Positions 12,194 to 26,250 of a stretch of DNA of 64,000 bases are shown in pieces; positions within the stretch are counted from its first letter, which is position 1, and each line of letters begins with the position of its first letter. The stretch lies in contig NC_058136.1 in assembly GCF_016433145.1 (NCBI RefSeq), forward strand, positions 51,039,950-51,103,949. The letters are read 5' to 3'. The position numbers and the translations under genes were made by a program. Under the pieces are notes generated by a model that saw nothing but the letters and a program-made list of their open reading frames with translations, ran no database searches and was not told the origin of the DNA. This DNA is from Gracilinanus agilis (Eukaryota).

Positions 12194-13593
12194 GTCTATG
12201 GGATACGTGGTGAAGATAGAAATAACAAGAATTCTCAATAGATTTGATTTATGGAGTGAGTGAAGTCAAAGATGATACCAAGATTGTAAAACTAGGTGAT
12301 GGGAAACATGGGAGTGCCCTTAAAAGAAATAGGAAAGTTTGAAAGAGGGTGGAATTTAGAGGGAAAGTTAATTAGGTATTTTGACTTGTTGTGTTCAAGA
12401 TACCTACAGTAATCCAGTTTGATATGTAGGAAGAGCAGTTTGTTCAGACAGAACTGGAGCTCAGGAGGGACCCTGGATATAGAGATGTGGAAATCTTCTG
12501 CATCGGGAGGACAATTGAATCTGTGAGAGTCAATCAAATCAACTAATGAGTTAATATAACTGGAAAAGAAAAGAAGGCCCAGGACAGAGCTTTGGGAGAA
12601 ACCCACAGTTAATGGACTTGATTTGAATGAAGATCTAGCAAAAGGGATTGAGAAGTGAGGATACAGGTAGGAGCAGAACTAAGAAAGATTAGTGCCACAG
12701 AAACCAAGAGAAGAGAGTGATCAGCTAAGTCAAGTGCTGCAGAAAGGTCAAGAAACTGAGGATTCACTGAAGATCACCGGATTTGTCAAGGATGAGATTA
12801 TTGGCAACTTTAGAAACAACAGTTTCAGTTGAATGATGAGATCAGGAGGCAGAATGCAAAGGATTTAGAAGAGGATGAGATGAGAGGAAGTAAGGGTTCT
12901 TCATGAAAGTTACTTTCTGAAGTTTAACCAGGAAGAAGAGAAGAGAGAAGAAATGGAAGTCAGCAGGGATGTGTGAATCAAATGAGAGTTTTTGTTGGTT
13001 TTTTTTTTAAGGATGAGAAAGATATGAGTATGTTTGTAGCCAGCAGGACAGGAAGAGAATGAAGATGAGTTAGAAAGTGGGGATTACAGAGGAGCCAATC
13101 TGAAGTAAATGAGAGGGGGTGCTGGAATCCCAGATGCATGGGGAAGGATTGGCCTTGGCAAGAAGGAACCTCTTCACTGGAGAAAGGAATAGGGGGAAAT
13201 GGTAGGGGAAGGTTTCTGAGTCGAGTCAGATGGAGAAGATGGAACTCTCAGTGAATGGCTTCAGTTTTAATTTTTTCCATTCACCTATAAAGTAAAGTCT
13301 GCAAGGGTGGGGTGGAGAGGCTACTTTGTAGAGTTTAAGGAAAGATAGAAAGGTATAGAACAGCCACTGTGGCAAGTAGGTTTGCAAGACGATTAGAAAG
13401 AAGAATCATTGTGTTACTATAGTGAGGGCTCAGCTGATATTAAATAGCATGATTCCTATTGGAGTCAGTCATCTTGGTTTCCTGTTCTCTTTCAGTGTCT
13501 TGTGAATAGAAGTGAAGGTAGCAGAATGTGGGAGTAATCCAAGGCTGAGGCTTGGCAAGTTGTGATTGATCATAGGAGAAGGCAAAGAAAGGG

Positions 13594-13835
13594 AATCAGC
13601 ATTTCTTAAGTACCTACTATATGTCAGGATCTGTGCTAAGGCCTTTATAAGATCGCATTCAATTTTCTCAACAACCCTGGGAATTAAGTGCTATTATTAT
13701 CATTGTTTTTTAGATTAGGAAACTGAGGCAAGCAGAGGTTTAGTGACCTGCTCAGGGTCATTTAGCTAATAAGCGTCTGAGGCTGGATTTTCCTAACTCC
13801 AAGCCCAGTGATTTATCCACTGTAACACCTAGCTA
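13594..13835 (-). mobile_element. MIR-type CORE-SINE with L2-type tail, nested in L2
   Basis: ttaagtacctactatatgtcagg...ggaaactgaggcaagcagaggtttagtgacctgctcagggtca...ctccaagcccagtgatttatccactg. Confidence 0.8.
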
Positions 13836-15417
13836 CAAGGAAGCAGGGGATAGTGTAGAATTGAACCAATTCATCAAAATGTCATGATCAGGAATGAAAG
13901 AGAGTGGATAGCATAGGAATGCTGGCCTGGGAAAGAACTGAGGGGCAGAGGGAATGATGTAGGTCAGAGTAAGGATGAAAAACAAGGGCAGGGCTAGTAA
14001 GGCATAGGGATAGATGGAATGATAAAATGCTGTGACGATTTAAGGAATTTTAGATATCCCAAATGTAAAGTGTGTTACGGCAAGGTATAAGTGTTTCTTT
14101 GTGTCTCTGCCGTAGAGTGGAGGAGTGGTTCCTTAGAACTGAGTAGATTGAGGAACTGACAAATCAGAGTCTCTGAGGGAGCATCGATATGTATACTGAA
14201 ATCTTCTAATATGAGGACAGCAGTTGGGATGAAAGACACTGGAATCCAGGTCTTAAGTTCATTGAAGACGGAAAGAGAATATCCTAGGAGTTAATAGGGA
14301 GTCAATTCCCAATCTGTATTGGGTGACAAGTTTGGATTTTGTGAACTTCAAAGGAAGAAAGACTGCTTATTGATGGTGGCAGAGGGAGCATCTGGAAATA
14401 GCAAGGGGGAATAAGCAAAATTTCATCTTTCCTACAGTGACCACTAAGTTTTATGGTATATGAGTAAAAATGCAACTAGTACCAGAAATGGTAGTGAGGA
14501 AAGTGGAGTTGTCAGGAGGGAGTCGGGTCTCAGTCAGGTTCTAAAGATGAATGGAATGAGAACAGAGAAGTATAAAATGAGAGGAAGGGCTCTAATTATG
14601 AAGCAGGCTTTCCAGAGGGCACAGTGGGAGGGGCAAACAGATATGGAAGGGTACAATGCAAGGCTAGAATTAAGCTAGATGGAAATAAGGACATTTGGAG
14701 ATGGAGAATGTGTTTTGTATATGAGTAGACAAGAGTTTGGAATCACTGGGATGGGGAGATCATGAAAGGGTTGGGAGTTTGCTAAACATTTAGGAAAGAA
14801 TCCAGGCAGAATATAGCGGTAACTGAAAAGAAATCTGTTAGTTAGCTCCACACTGTAGGGCAGGATGTGTTCTATGAGGCCTGGAGAGGCCAGGCTCAAA
14901 GCAAGTAAGAATGAGGTGAACTTAGAGCCTGAAGATTCTAGGAATCTGGTCAGGAGGCAAGAGGCGGCAGTGACAAGGTTCAATGGGATTTTAACACATG
15001 GAATAATGTTTTATGGGAAGCTCTGGATATAAGGAGGAGTACTTGGGCTACTGGGATATTTCAGTAGGGCAGGCCAATTCCTACCATATTCAAATAGGGT
15101 TTTAAAATTATGCTATATATTATATATTACAATGATTGATTTTTGGGAGGAGGAGGAGCCTGAATTTAATGGATGGGATTGTAGCTCTCAGACTAATTGC
15201 ATTTGCTCACCAATAATAAAATTAAAATTATTTTTAACAGATTTCTTAATATTTCAGTTAAAATAATATGTTAATTTCATTTTTTAGTATTATGGAGTAA
15301 GTGGTATTAGTTTAATTTATAGGTTCATTAAAGCAAAGGATTTATGGCATGCCACACCTAGTACCTAAGGAAAAGTAGCGTTGTTAGAATATTAGCAGAA
15401 GTGTTATTTCTATCCAT

Positions 15418-15670
15418 GGGGCAGCTAGATGGTACAGTGGATAGACCACCAGGCCTATAGTCAGGAAGACCTGAGTTCACGTCCAGCCTCAGATACTTCC
15501 TGGTTGTGTCATCCTGGGAAAGACATTTAATCCAGTTTGGTTCATTTTCTTCATCTCTAAAATGATCTGAAGGAGGTACAGCAAACCCTTTTAGTATCTT
15601 TTCCAAAATAAATAAATAAATAAACAAAAAAACCCAAAGGGGTAAAGAAGAATTTGAAACTACTGAACAA
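15418..15670 (+). mobile_element. MAR1-type marsupial CORE-SINE
   Basis: ggggcagctagatggtacagtggatagacc... head and RTE-type tail cagcaaacccttttagtatcttttcc...actactgaacaa. Confidence 0.8.
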
Positions 15671-16559
15671 TTGAAACTACCAAAGAACAAGAAAAGTTGC
15701 ATTCCCTCCCCTCAAACCCCCTCAAAATTAGGCTGCCCATATTCCTTTTTGCCACAATATTTGCTTTATATTTTTTAGATTAGAGATTTAAGGAAATTCT
15801 CAGTTCATTTTTTGCTATTGAGTTTGTTTTCTGTTTTTTTTTTCTTTTTTGTAATCCCATACCTACTTGGAAGTTTCTTTTGTTTGAATATCACATTATT
15901 ATTCATTTTTCTTTTCATTTAGTGCTCATAGGCAGTATCCACACAAACAGTTGTGTTTGTATGTAGTTATGATGATGATTGGACATTGACATATGGAATT
16001 AGCATAAACATTCAGAAACTATTTTCTAGTATCAAGGTAACAAGAAACCAGTTCTGGGTCATGATTGAGACCATGAGCTATTGAGGTTCAACAGTTTCTA
16101 TTCCACAGAGTGCCATTTTGTCCCCAATGATTGATGATTTTCCTATCCTGTTCTCTGTAGATTATAAGAATGCTATTGCAGTCTAGAGCTTCCATAGATA
16201 CCCGCTTCATTAAGCATGATCCCGGAATGTCATTTAATTTATTTCTTAGATTGAATGTCTCATTAAACTCTGATGAGGCTAGGAGCTACCCTGGCCTGAA
16301 CTTGTTATGAAGTACTCTGACTTGAAAATTGTGTCCTGTCCCAGTTGAAAAATAAAATGGACAAGACAGTGAAATCAATGTCTGATGCACTTTATCTTTG
16401 ACAAACTGAAATGCTTTTTGCTAAAATAGGCAAATGGATTAGAGAGATTAAAATCAAATGTAAGCTAGAGTGGCATCAATGGTGATTTTATCATTTTAAG
16501 CATTGATAGGTAGTTTGGTTGACTTTTTCTAGGGAATCATAGGTCATCTTAGTTTGGAT

Positions 16560-17085
16560 TAATTGTACATGATTACTGAAAAGCTGAAAAATTTATTGAT
16601 CTTTGGTTTTTATATAATTACTTTAATTTACAAACATTCCAAGTTCTTTGTTTTCTTCTCTCCATTTCCTGCCCAGAAAGAGCCATCCCTTGTAACAAAG
16701 AATAAAGGAAAGACAGAAAAGCAATTTAGCCAAACTAATGTATCAATCAAGATGGGCAGTGTATCTAGTTTACCATAAGCTACTCAACCATCCTTATCTC
16801 TGTACTTTATCCTTACAAAAAAGGAGTGTAATGTGTTTTCTAAGTCCTGATTAATCATTATAATGACTACATTGTTCACTTTCTTTTTTGTTTTTATTGT
16901 TGCCCTTTTGTTTAAATTGTTGTAAGGATTGTGCATATTTTTGCCTACTTCTGCTTCTTTCAGGCTGCATCTGCTAATAGAAATCTTTCAACATTTTTCC
17001 AGATTCATTGTATTCATGTATCTCAATATGTCCAGCCTTTTCCCAATAGATGAGCATCTACTTTGTTTCTAGTTCTTTCCTTCTA
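16560..17085 (-). mobile_element. Old L1 3' end fragment
   Basis: gagccatcccttgtaacaaag...ttcccaatagatgagcatctactttgtttctagttc, antisense L1 ORF2 end and 3' UTR. Confidence 0.7.
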
Positions 17086-17157
17086 CTGTGTATGGTTACT
17101 TTATTAAATAAAATACTGACTCCCTCCTCACCCCCACCCTCCTCATTAAAAGGGCTA

Positions 17158-17350
17158 GAAGCAGTATCATATAGTGGAGAGCTCAGTCGATTTAGAAGTA
17201 AAAATTCTAGCCTCAAATCTTGGTTACTAACTTACTAACTGTGTTGCCTTCAGCAAACTACTTGATAGACCAATATTCTATTTAGACTCCCTTACAAAGG
17301 AGAAAATATCTCTTAAGTTGTGAGGAAAATATTTTTTGAACTAGAAGACA
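17158..17350 (+). mobile_element. MIR-family SINE, degenerate
   Basis: gcagtatcatatagtggagag head followed by ttactaactgtgttgccttcagcaaactacttg. Confidence 0.55.
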
Positions 17351-18796
17351 CCAAATAAGTTTGAGCTAATAGCACAGTAAAATCATAATTTTTATTATGT
17401 TAATTCTACTGGATCAGTGAAAAGGGAAAAACATATAACGCTCGTGATTTGCATATTTAGGCATTTGAGAAAAAGTATATTTCTTACCTTATGGAACAAG
17501 ACATTCCAGATCAGAGGTTTAGGTTATTTCGTTTTGGTTTTTGAAGCAAAATTTTATGAACATTCTAATTTGTCATGGGCCTACTTTATAAAAACGTTCA
17601 TTTGTGGAGGCCAGTGGTATTCCTGTTGACAACAGCAAAGAGAGGAGGAAATCTTTATTCAAACTAAGTTTTTCAATAAGCAGAGAATTTAGGAAGCATT
17701 TACTTTATACCAGGCAACCTGCTAAAGGGAGTCTGTGACCAGAAGTGGAAGGAGGGGGTTCCAGAAGACAATAGTAAATCAGCCTTTGCCCTCAAAGGAG
17801 CTTACATTTGAATAGTTCAGAACTTTTGGTGAAGAAAACATTATATAAATTCAGCCTTGATTATTAAATATTTCCATTGCAACATATTGTACATACATAT
17901 TCTTGTGACTATGTATATTACAGTACAGGGAACCAGCCTACCTATATAACAGCTCTGTGTAATGTAAGCTCATTCTCAGTTCCTCATCTTCTTTCGCCTT
18001 TACTGTTTCACAGTAGCTTTGTATTTGTCTCTCTAAGTGTCTTAAGTCAGTCATCAAGTAGTATATTTAAGTGTCTGTTGTGTTTTGGGCACTGTGGATA
18101 CAAGAACGGCTGTGAAGTGATCTCTCCCCTCATGAGTCTTGTAGTCTAAACAGGAAGACAACATATACTTTTTATAAATATATATAGAATATATACAAAT
18201 TACATATAAAGGGAAAGGTTCAAAAAGGCTTCGTATGGGAAGTGGCATTTGGGCTGCGTCTTGAAATCTAAAAGTCTATTCTGATTATTAATTTCTTTTT
18301 TAATTATCTTTTTGTAACATTTTTATTTAGGGCTGAACATTTATCTTTGGGGCACCCAACAATTACACTATAATTTTGTTGCCCTTTTTCCTATGCTGAA
18401 GATAGTTGCTCCAGTGCAAAGAACCTTGGATTTGGGACCAAGGGTCCTGAGTTTAAAATTTAGCATGTATTACCACCTGTATGATCTTGGAGAACTCACA
18501 TCTATAAAATTAAAGGGGTTGGACTTACTGACCTTCAAGGTCTCATCCAGTTATAAATATATGTCTCTAGAAATCCGTGGCCCTTTTGGGGATGCTGACT
18601 AGAATCCTGGGTACGTGAAATTGCCTTTCAGGCTTCTCAGAATATCTCTAACACAAAAGGTCTGGATTTAGACTATGACATTTGTTTTTTCAGTTTGAGG
18701 TTTCTTTTTAGCAGCTAACAGTTGCATTCTTTCAATTTTCACTTTATTTTCTCATCCTAATAATCCAGGCAGTTTTCTTTTGTCATTTATTGAACT

Positions 18797-19168
18797 ATAG
18801 GCAATGATAAAATAAAACTATTAATTTTTGCAGACAATATGATGGTTTACTTAGAGAACACTAGGGAGCCAACTAAAAAAGTAGTTGAAATACTTTTACT
18901 CTGGCAAAGTTGCAGGATATAATATAAACTCACACAAATGATCAGCATTTCTACATATTAGCTACAAAATCAAGCAGGAAGATGCCAGTAGAGAAATTCC
19001 ATTTAAAATAACTCCCGACAGTACAAAATACTTGAGAAGTCTACCCACCAAAACACACATAGAAGCTATATGAGCACAATTACAAAACATTCTTCTTCAC
19101 ATAAATAAAGACATTTCTGAATAATTGGAAAACTATTAATTGTTCATGGGTGAGTCAAGCCAATATCA
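18797..19168 (+). mobile_element. L1 ORF2 reverse-transcriptase fragment
   Basis: Encodes IGNDKIKLLIFADNMMVYLENTREPTKK (LFADD motif region), then ggcaaagttgcaggatata (KVAGY), gaaattccatttaaaata (EIPFKI) and aattgttcatggg (NCSW). Confidence 0.9.
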
Positions 19169-20179
19169 TATATTGAAATAGAATATCCAGATTTTGTGAT
19201 CATTCATGGTTTTCAGAATCTGATTATTCAATTAGTTCTTTTCCAGTAAAATGTGACCTTCTTGCCATTCTTCCCCATTACTCCATTTAAAAAAAGATGA
19301 AGATAAAATCATTTTTTCTTAAATAGTCAACTTTCTTTTGGAAGGAAACACATCTACTTTTAGGATTCCTTTACAAGGAATGACCTTTCTCTATCTGAAT
19401 TTAAATTTCTTAATTGTTTAGTCCTGTGTTTTGTTTTTGAATGAATGTGGGAAGGCCTGATATTGTTTTTAACTATTCAGTTTTATTTTAGGGATGGTTT
19501 TGCTTTTTATATAATTTGCAATTTGAGAACAGGTTCATTCAAATATCTTATGTAGATTTGGAGGATTTTCATTGTTTGAAGAATCTTATTACCAATGACC
19601 TTACACTATATGAAGTTGTTTTGCTCGTACAAAAGACTGAATTTAGGAGATACTAGTGTTTAGACACTAAAGATTAGAAATAGTAAGTCTTCCTATGAAG
19701 TTTTCATAATAAATCAATTTCCATGTTCCATAGAAATTCTGTTTATGATGGGAAAGAAAATCGTATGCCTTCTCGTCAGGTTTTTTGTGGCTTAATTAGA
19801 CAACCTAAGGCTTAATTCATGAGAGGAAATATGTTAAAACAATAGAAATATTTCTGGTTCTAATCTTGAAAATATACTTTATATTTTGCATTCATTAAAT
19901 ATTTACCTTTATTTTTTTCTTTTTATGAACTTTGAAAAATGTTCTTTTATGGAAGATTCCATTTACTTTTTATCTTTTTAAAAATAATTTCATTATGTTT
20001 CTTTTGGGCACATTAGCCACTTGCTAATAAAAAAATTTCTGCCATAGTGTTATCCCATAAAAAATAGTGAAATAATATAGTGACTATAACTGACAGTGCC
20101 TGTAATTTTCCATTTTCAAGATTGACCACTTCTTAATAGGAAGGATGTGTATTTGAAACCAACAGTGCCGTTATTTAGT

Positions 20180-20500
20180 TTTAACCTTAATCTCGTTGTC
20201 TTTTGGTATTGTTCTTCATTTACATTATTGCAGTGATATATATTGTTTTTGTTCTACCTTCTTTCTTCTTATAAATCTTCCCAAGTTTCTCTGAATTCTT
20301 ATCATTAGCTCCATGTGGTGCAGCAATATGCAGTAATTCCATTCATATACCACAGCTTGTTCAGCCCAGCAGTGGATATATAATTTCATTACAGCTCTTT
20401 GTTGCCATGAGATTTTTGGGATGTCTCTGAGACTTTGCTTTCTTTTTCATTGATTTCACGAGGTACAAACCCAATAGCGGAGGCCCTGGAACTATGGGTA
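20180..20500 (-). mobile_element. Old L1 3' fragment
   Basis: ccattcatataccacagcttgttcagcc...gaggtacaaacccaatag, antisense of the EWLNKLW and LLGLYP regions. Confidence 0.6.
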
Positions 20501-22689
20501 TGAAGAAAAAGTTCTTTTTGATATGCTTGCACATTTGCCATTAAGATCTATATGGATTTACAGTACTGACATACCACCATAAGTCCATTGCTAAGCCTGC
20601 TAAGCTCTTTGGTTTAAGTTGTAGTTGCTAATTCAAACTTGTAACTTAGTGTGTTTCAGAATCATCTGCTTCAGTTAAGGGACCAAATTGTATTAAGGTT
20701 TTGCACAAACCGTTTTAAAGAATTCCTATGGAGGATGAGGATAGATGTTTTTGTGAGGTGCTTTATTGCAAGGAGAGAAAGCTTTTTGCCTGTCACATAC
20801 ACTGGCGTGCCTGGCTGGGAGTGCAGAAATTACTTGTGGTTTTCACCGAGTTAAGTAATTTTCAAAGAGGTCTGTAGAATAATTGACAGTCACTGGATTA
20901 TGCAGGCAGAGTTCGTAGCCTGCACGCTTTTTGTAGAGAATTGTGAAAATATGTTTTTGACTGGAATATTGTGAGAATAAGAAGTATTGGCTTTGGCTTT
21001 TGTAGGAAATTTTGATTATGGGAGTTTTCTGTATAGTTCGTGTGCACATTTGTGCACATTTGGTGGGGCGAAAGTATAACATCATTTATATTTCTGAATT
21101 GTTGAGAACCTCAAGGTTGGATTTTTTTAAAGGCTCAGAAAGTGGTTCATAAAATGGTAATTTTGTTATCCCACCAGTTTCTTGTGCTTTTAGTACAAAC
21201 TATTTTAGTACAGAATACTCAGCTGTATTAACTGTTGCAGTGTTCTAGTCATTCAAATGGTAGATGGAGTTTGTATAATCTTCATGTAATGATGCTTGAG
21301 TCCTTTCCCCCATTCCCTACTCATTTACTCAGCCAGAGAATATATTCAATTTGTATATAAGATGAAACTCAAATGATTGGATTTGGTGGTGGTTGTATTT
21401 TTTTTAAATAACAGATGGAAAAATGAAAACATAATGAACTCATCAACTCAGCCCCCTTATGAGAAGATGTGGCTGACTGTCCTCCCTCTGAGAATCTTTT
21501 GCACATAATTTTCTTGGCTATTAGGCAGTTTTATTTTATTGAAGGTTTGTTGCTTATTGCCATAGAAGATTTTTATAGAGGGCAATCAACAGATTGTACC
21601 TTTGGGAGCTTTTCCTCCCCTACACATTTAAGAATACAACTACTAATAGCAGTGTTACAAATGATTTATCACCAAGACCGAAAGCCATGACTTGGGAGAA
21701 TGTTAGACTTGATTTTTGACCAAGGCCACCCCATGAAGTTATTCCTCTTTGTCTTTGGGAAAGACATGTGAATCGAGGCCTTTGCCCACCATCAACAGCA
21801 TCTCTCCATTGAAGATGGATAGAGGGGAATATGTTGTTTCTTTAATAGGCCTTAAATAGGCACATTTTACCTGGGGAGTTTATATGTTAAGGGATTGGAA
21901 ATGTCTGTGCCCCCATATTTTTAGGGAAGTGAGTCAGTAGAGTCTATTAAATAAGGGGACACTCATTGCTGATCTTGTACCATTAAACAACACCTACCCT
22001 TTGCTACTTTAATTGTTACATTTCCACTGGGGAAATACCCAGTTCGTATCACATGTGCATATCTAGGTACCTATGTATTCCGTGTCATAAATATCCTATT
22101 CTCTAAGCTAGGGAAGTCTGCTATCTGCTTAACAAGGTTCACTGTCTGAAGATGTAAGTACAGTATTAACTCTATAGGCTCAGCTACCTCATTGTAAGTA
22201 AGATGTGTTCCACACTTGCCCTTAACTGTAGCAATTAAGCCTTTGCAGATAATGCCCGAGATCTCTTCTCTGGGACAATCTGTCAGAAGAGCATTGCCCA
22301 CTTTTGGCTAACACTGGTCTCAGTAGAAAGAAGTTTGACTGTTAAAAGAACGTTCCCCCATATAGTACCCCCACAGGGCTGTCTCTGTTAATTAGCCCTC
22401 CAGTACCAAACTCCTCTCTAATGAAGCTGGCCACATTAAAAAGAAATGAATCATGCCAAGCAAGGCCAGTGTTTCCTAGGGGCCAGTAGTGGTATTGTTG
22501 GGTCAAAAATATTTATATTTTTATGGCCTTTTGGGCTTGGTTCCATATTTCTCTGCTAATGCATTTCTTTGCATTCAGTTTGGCCTCTTATCTTTGACTT
22601 ACAGCCACTGAATCCATTCCCCAACCATCTAGCGGTTCCAGCCAATGGGTCTGACACTCCTAAAAAGTCCCAATCCTCTCTGTAGAGAG

Positions 22690-23765
22690 AATTTTACTAA
22701 CTCATCACTCTCATTAATTCCAATGTCTATTTCCTTGCCACATACTGATGATTCTATTCTATGTCTCCATTGTGTCACTTCATTGTCTTTCTCCCTACTT
22801 AGAAGGCCACCACTTTTTTTCAAGCCTTCACAATCTCTTCTTGGACTATTGGAATGGCATCCTATATGGTCTCCTTGCCTCAAGTATATCTCTTTTCAAC
22901 TATGCCCTAGGGGCTATAAAATTGTATACCCTTGGATCCAGTAATGCCACTGCTAGGTTTGTATCCCAAAGAGATTAATAAAAGGAGAGAGATAAAAGGA
23001 CCTATTTGTACAAAAATGTGGTGACAAAGAATGGAAATTGAGGCGAAGTCTATCAGTTGGGGAATGGCTGAAGAAATGTTTGTATGTAATAGTAATGGAA
23101 TATTATTGTGTTATAAGAAATGATGAGCAAGGGGATTTCATAAAAACCTAGAAAGACATACATGAACTGATGAAAAATGCAGGTAGCAGAACCAGGCAAA
23201 CATTATATACAGTAGTAACAATATTGTACGACCAGCAACTATAAATGACTTAATTAATCTCAGCAATACAATGGTCCAAGACAAGACCAAAGGAATCATG
23301 ATGAAAAATGTCATCTGTCTCTAGAGAAAGAACTGATCGAGTCTGAAAGCAGACTCTGAAGCATACTATCTTTCACTTTCTTCTTTTTTTTCTTCAAATT
23401 TTCTTTCTCAAAATGGTTCTCATGGAAATATGTTTTACATGTTAAACATGTCATCTCGGGTGGGGAGGGGGAAGGGAATGAAAGAATTTAGAATTAAAAA
23501 TTTTCAAAATAAATATTAAAAACCTTCATTGTTTTTATATATAATTGTTGGTGGGAATTTTAATCTTTTAAAAAAAGGAAAAGCATCCAACCACTTCCAT
23601 CCACTCTAAAATCATTAATTTTCCTTAAGCGTAGGTTGGACTACATCACTCTGCCACTCCATAAACTCCAATAACGTCCTTTTGGCTGTAGAATAAGATG
23701 TAGATTCCTTTTTTGGGGTTTTAAAGCTCCTCATAATGTGGCCCCTACTTTTCTAGCCTTATTAT
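22690..23765 (+). mobile_element. L2 3' fragment split by an L1 insertion
   Basis: cttggactattggaatggcatcctatatggtctccttgcctcaag precedes the L1, and ttttccttaagcgtaggttggactacatcactc...aaactccaa follows it, colinear with L2. Confidence 0.7.
22901..23580 (+). mobile_element. 5'-truncated L1 3' end, nested in L2
   Basis: atacccttggatccagtaatgccactgctaggtttgtatcccaaagag (IPLDPVMPLLGLYPKE) and ggggaatggctgaagaaatg, followed by the 3' UTR, a G-rich tract and an A-rich end. Confidence 0.88.
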
Positions 23766-23924
23766 GGTGGATAAAGGTCCGGCTTTGGAGCCAGAAAAAC
23801 CTGACATATACTGGTTATATGACCCTGAGCAATAATGATGATGATGTTGAAAATATGCTCTAATCTCTACTGTTTTCAAAAGAATATCTATTATAAAATT
23901 TGACCCCCCAAAGTATCTCTAAAG

Positions 23925-24143
23925 TCAGTCAATCAAAAAGCATTTCTGTAGTGCCTACTGTGAAACATTGTGCCAAATGTTTTACAAATATTATTTCATT
24001 TGATCTTCACAGCAACTCTGGAAAGTAGGTGCTATTATTATCTCCATTTTACAAATGAAGAAACTGAGGCAGATAACTATTATGTGAACTTGCATAAGGT
24101 TAGATTTGACTCTAGTCCCAGCTGCTCTATCCTAGTTGCCTCT
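23925..24143 (-). mobile_element. MIR-type CORE-SINE
   Basis: atctccattttacaaatgaagaaactgaggcaga with an L2-like tail agtcagtcaatcaaaaagcattt. Confidence 0.8.
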
Positions 24144-25929
24144 CAATTGACCTCTCAATGCTCTAGGCAACTCTCTGAGATGCCTGACTGCCAGAGAAAG
24201 TACCAATGTGAATTGGTAAGAAGGAGCTTCCTCACTCTGGATTTCCATCTATGGATAAAATCCTAGATCCATCCCTTTCCCCAGGACTCAGCATAGCACC
24301 TAGAATGCAGTTAGTGCTTAATATAGGCTTTCTGATGGATTGTTTTTTACAAAGGGTGGAGGTTTGTGCATAAATTTTTGTTATTAAAAATAAACGTATA
24401 GGTTGTCAACATAAGCCAGCACTTACAGTATTATTTGTGACTGATAGTCAAAACATGCCAACAAGAACGTAGGTTTTCCAGGCCTTCCCAGGGTTACCTC
24501 CAAAACACAATGAGCCGGTGGAGGGAGACCTAGCAGAACCAGAGTGAAATTCAGCCCACGAGCTTCTAAGACCTCTGGAATCAATATTATATATGCTTAT
24601 TTTAATGACATGCTTATTTGAGTGGCCTTTTATATTGGGTCCTTTTAATGGTAAGATGTTTAAGCCAGTCACTTTCTTTTTTGACTTCCATTCCCCAGAG
24701 AGCTCTAATCAGAGTAGGGAATGCTTGTTGCAAGAATCATAGAACCTTCATACAATGCCCTGGGTATTTCAGAAATGAGCACAATGGATGCATGTCAAGT
24801 ATACTAGTTTAGTTCTATCCAAATCAGAGCAGGTTTGAGAGGTTTGGGATTGTGTTTTGTTTTGTTTCCAACGTCCTCCGAGTACTTGGAGTAATAGCAT
24901 CCTTAATGTGGCTATTTAAGCACTCAAAGGAATTCAGTCCCTTTATGGGATATGTTTCAATAGCTGTCTGCTTTCATTAAGTTGTAAAAAGCAGGTAGTT
25001 TGACCCCTCGTTGGACTAAAATTTTGTAGGGAGTCTGCAAAGGCAGGCTGCTCCTGGCAGTAAATGTTGGCTTTTTAAATTCTGATTTTTTTTTACATTA
25101 CAAAACAACCTCTTCTTCTTACTCCCCCTCAAAAGAACTAAATATTATAATGGAAGTCAATGGAGAAATTTGATCCAATATACAGATTTATATTTTGGAT
25201 TGCTACCCCAAAATTTGCCCAACATGTAAAGTAAGGTTGGCTCTAGAGGGAAGGTACCCCAGTGAGAATATATTTTTTCCCATGGTTGAGAGCTTATTGT
25301 GTACCATGGCAGACCTTTCATGTGTCTACACCAGTTAATTTAACTCACCAACAGAATATCTTTTAAAGATGTCAGAATGATTCGATTTACTGCCTGAACA
25401 ATATTCATCATTAAGAATTACAGCCCACTTAGATTGGCAAGGCCAGGGCAAAACTAAAAATTGGTCTCTCTGTAGACATGAAATCCTAGCAATGAATCAG
25501 TCAAATTCTCCAGGATTGGTTTTTTTCTTTATAGTAGGGAGCTCAATTTCAGGTCCCTTTACTTACAGAATGAATGTTAGCTGTTCTTGGGCATTATGCA
25601 AATGTTCTCTATCAAGCCATGCTTGTACAGCAGTGTTTTTTTTCCTTTTTCCAAAATGTCCTGTACCTTATATCCATCCAAACAATGATTTCCTTTGCTA
25701 TACTTTTGAAAATTCACTTCTGGCCTTTTACTTAGACTTTTGTAAAATTTTTTCTTCCAAGTTCAAGAAATCAAAGTGCATTTGTGGCTTTCATTCTTAT
25801 CAAATTCCAATAACATTTTTTAAAAGTCTTTTTCAGCGCCCACAAATTTTAGAAAAAGAATTTGGTATACATAATCTCTTCTTGGTCTGCCTTCTCTTGG
25901 TGATCTCTCCTCTCATCAACTAAGCTAAT

Positions 25930-26250
25930 TTTCAGGGCAGATAATTCCCACATCTTCCTAAGAAGAATTCTCCTGAATTCCCTGTAGTCATTTGAAACTC
26001 TACATCATCCAAAACAGAGCTCAGCATCTCACGGTGTCCTCCCCATCCATCTTCTTCCAAACTTTACTGTTTCTATTGAAGAAACCACTATACGTCCAGT
26101 CACAAAGCTTCACCATTTAAAAGTCAATTCTTCACATTCACCCCCACTAATATACTTGGCATATCCTTGCCACAACTTGACAATCATTTGCCGAGTCTTG
26201 TCAGTTCTGATTCTTTACCATTTCTTATTTCCAAACCATTTTCCCCATTC
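25930..26250 (+). mobile_element. L2 fragment
   Basis: aaactctacatcatccaaaacagagctcagcatct...ccactatacgtccagtcac...gccgagtcttgtcagttc. Confidence 0.6.

Larger units (their letters stand above)
11900..14990 (-). mobile_element. Long (~3 kb) L2 remnant spanning endonuclease to RT/3' region, interrupted by a MITE and a MIR
   Basis: ORF 12292-12606(-), GFSQSSVLGLLFFSSYINSLVDLIDSHRFN, corresponds to L2 GVPQGSVLGPLLFSLYINSL..SHGFN. The purine-rich antisense L2 text continues on both sides of the inserts. Confidence 0.85.
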
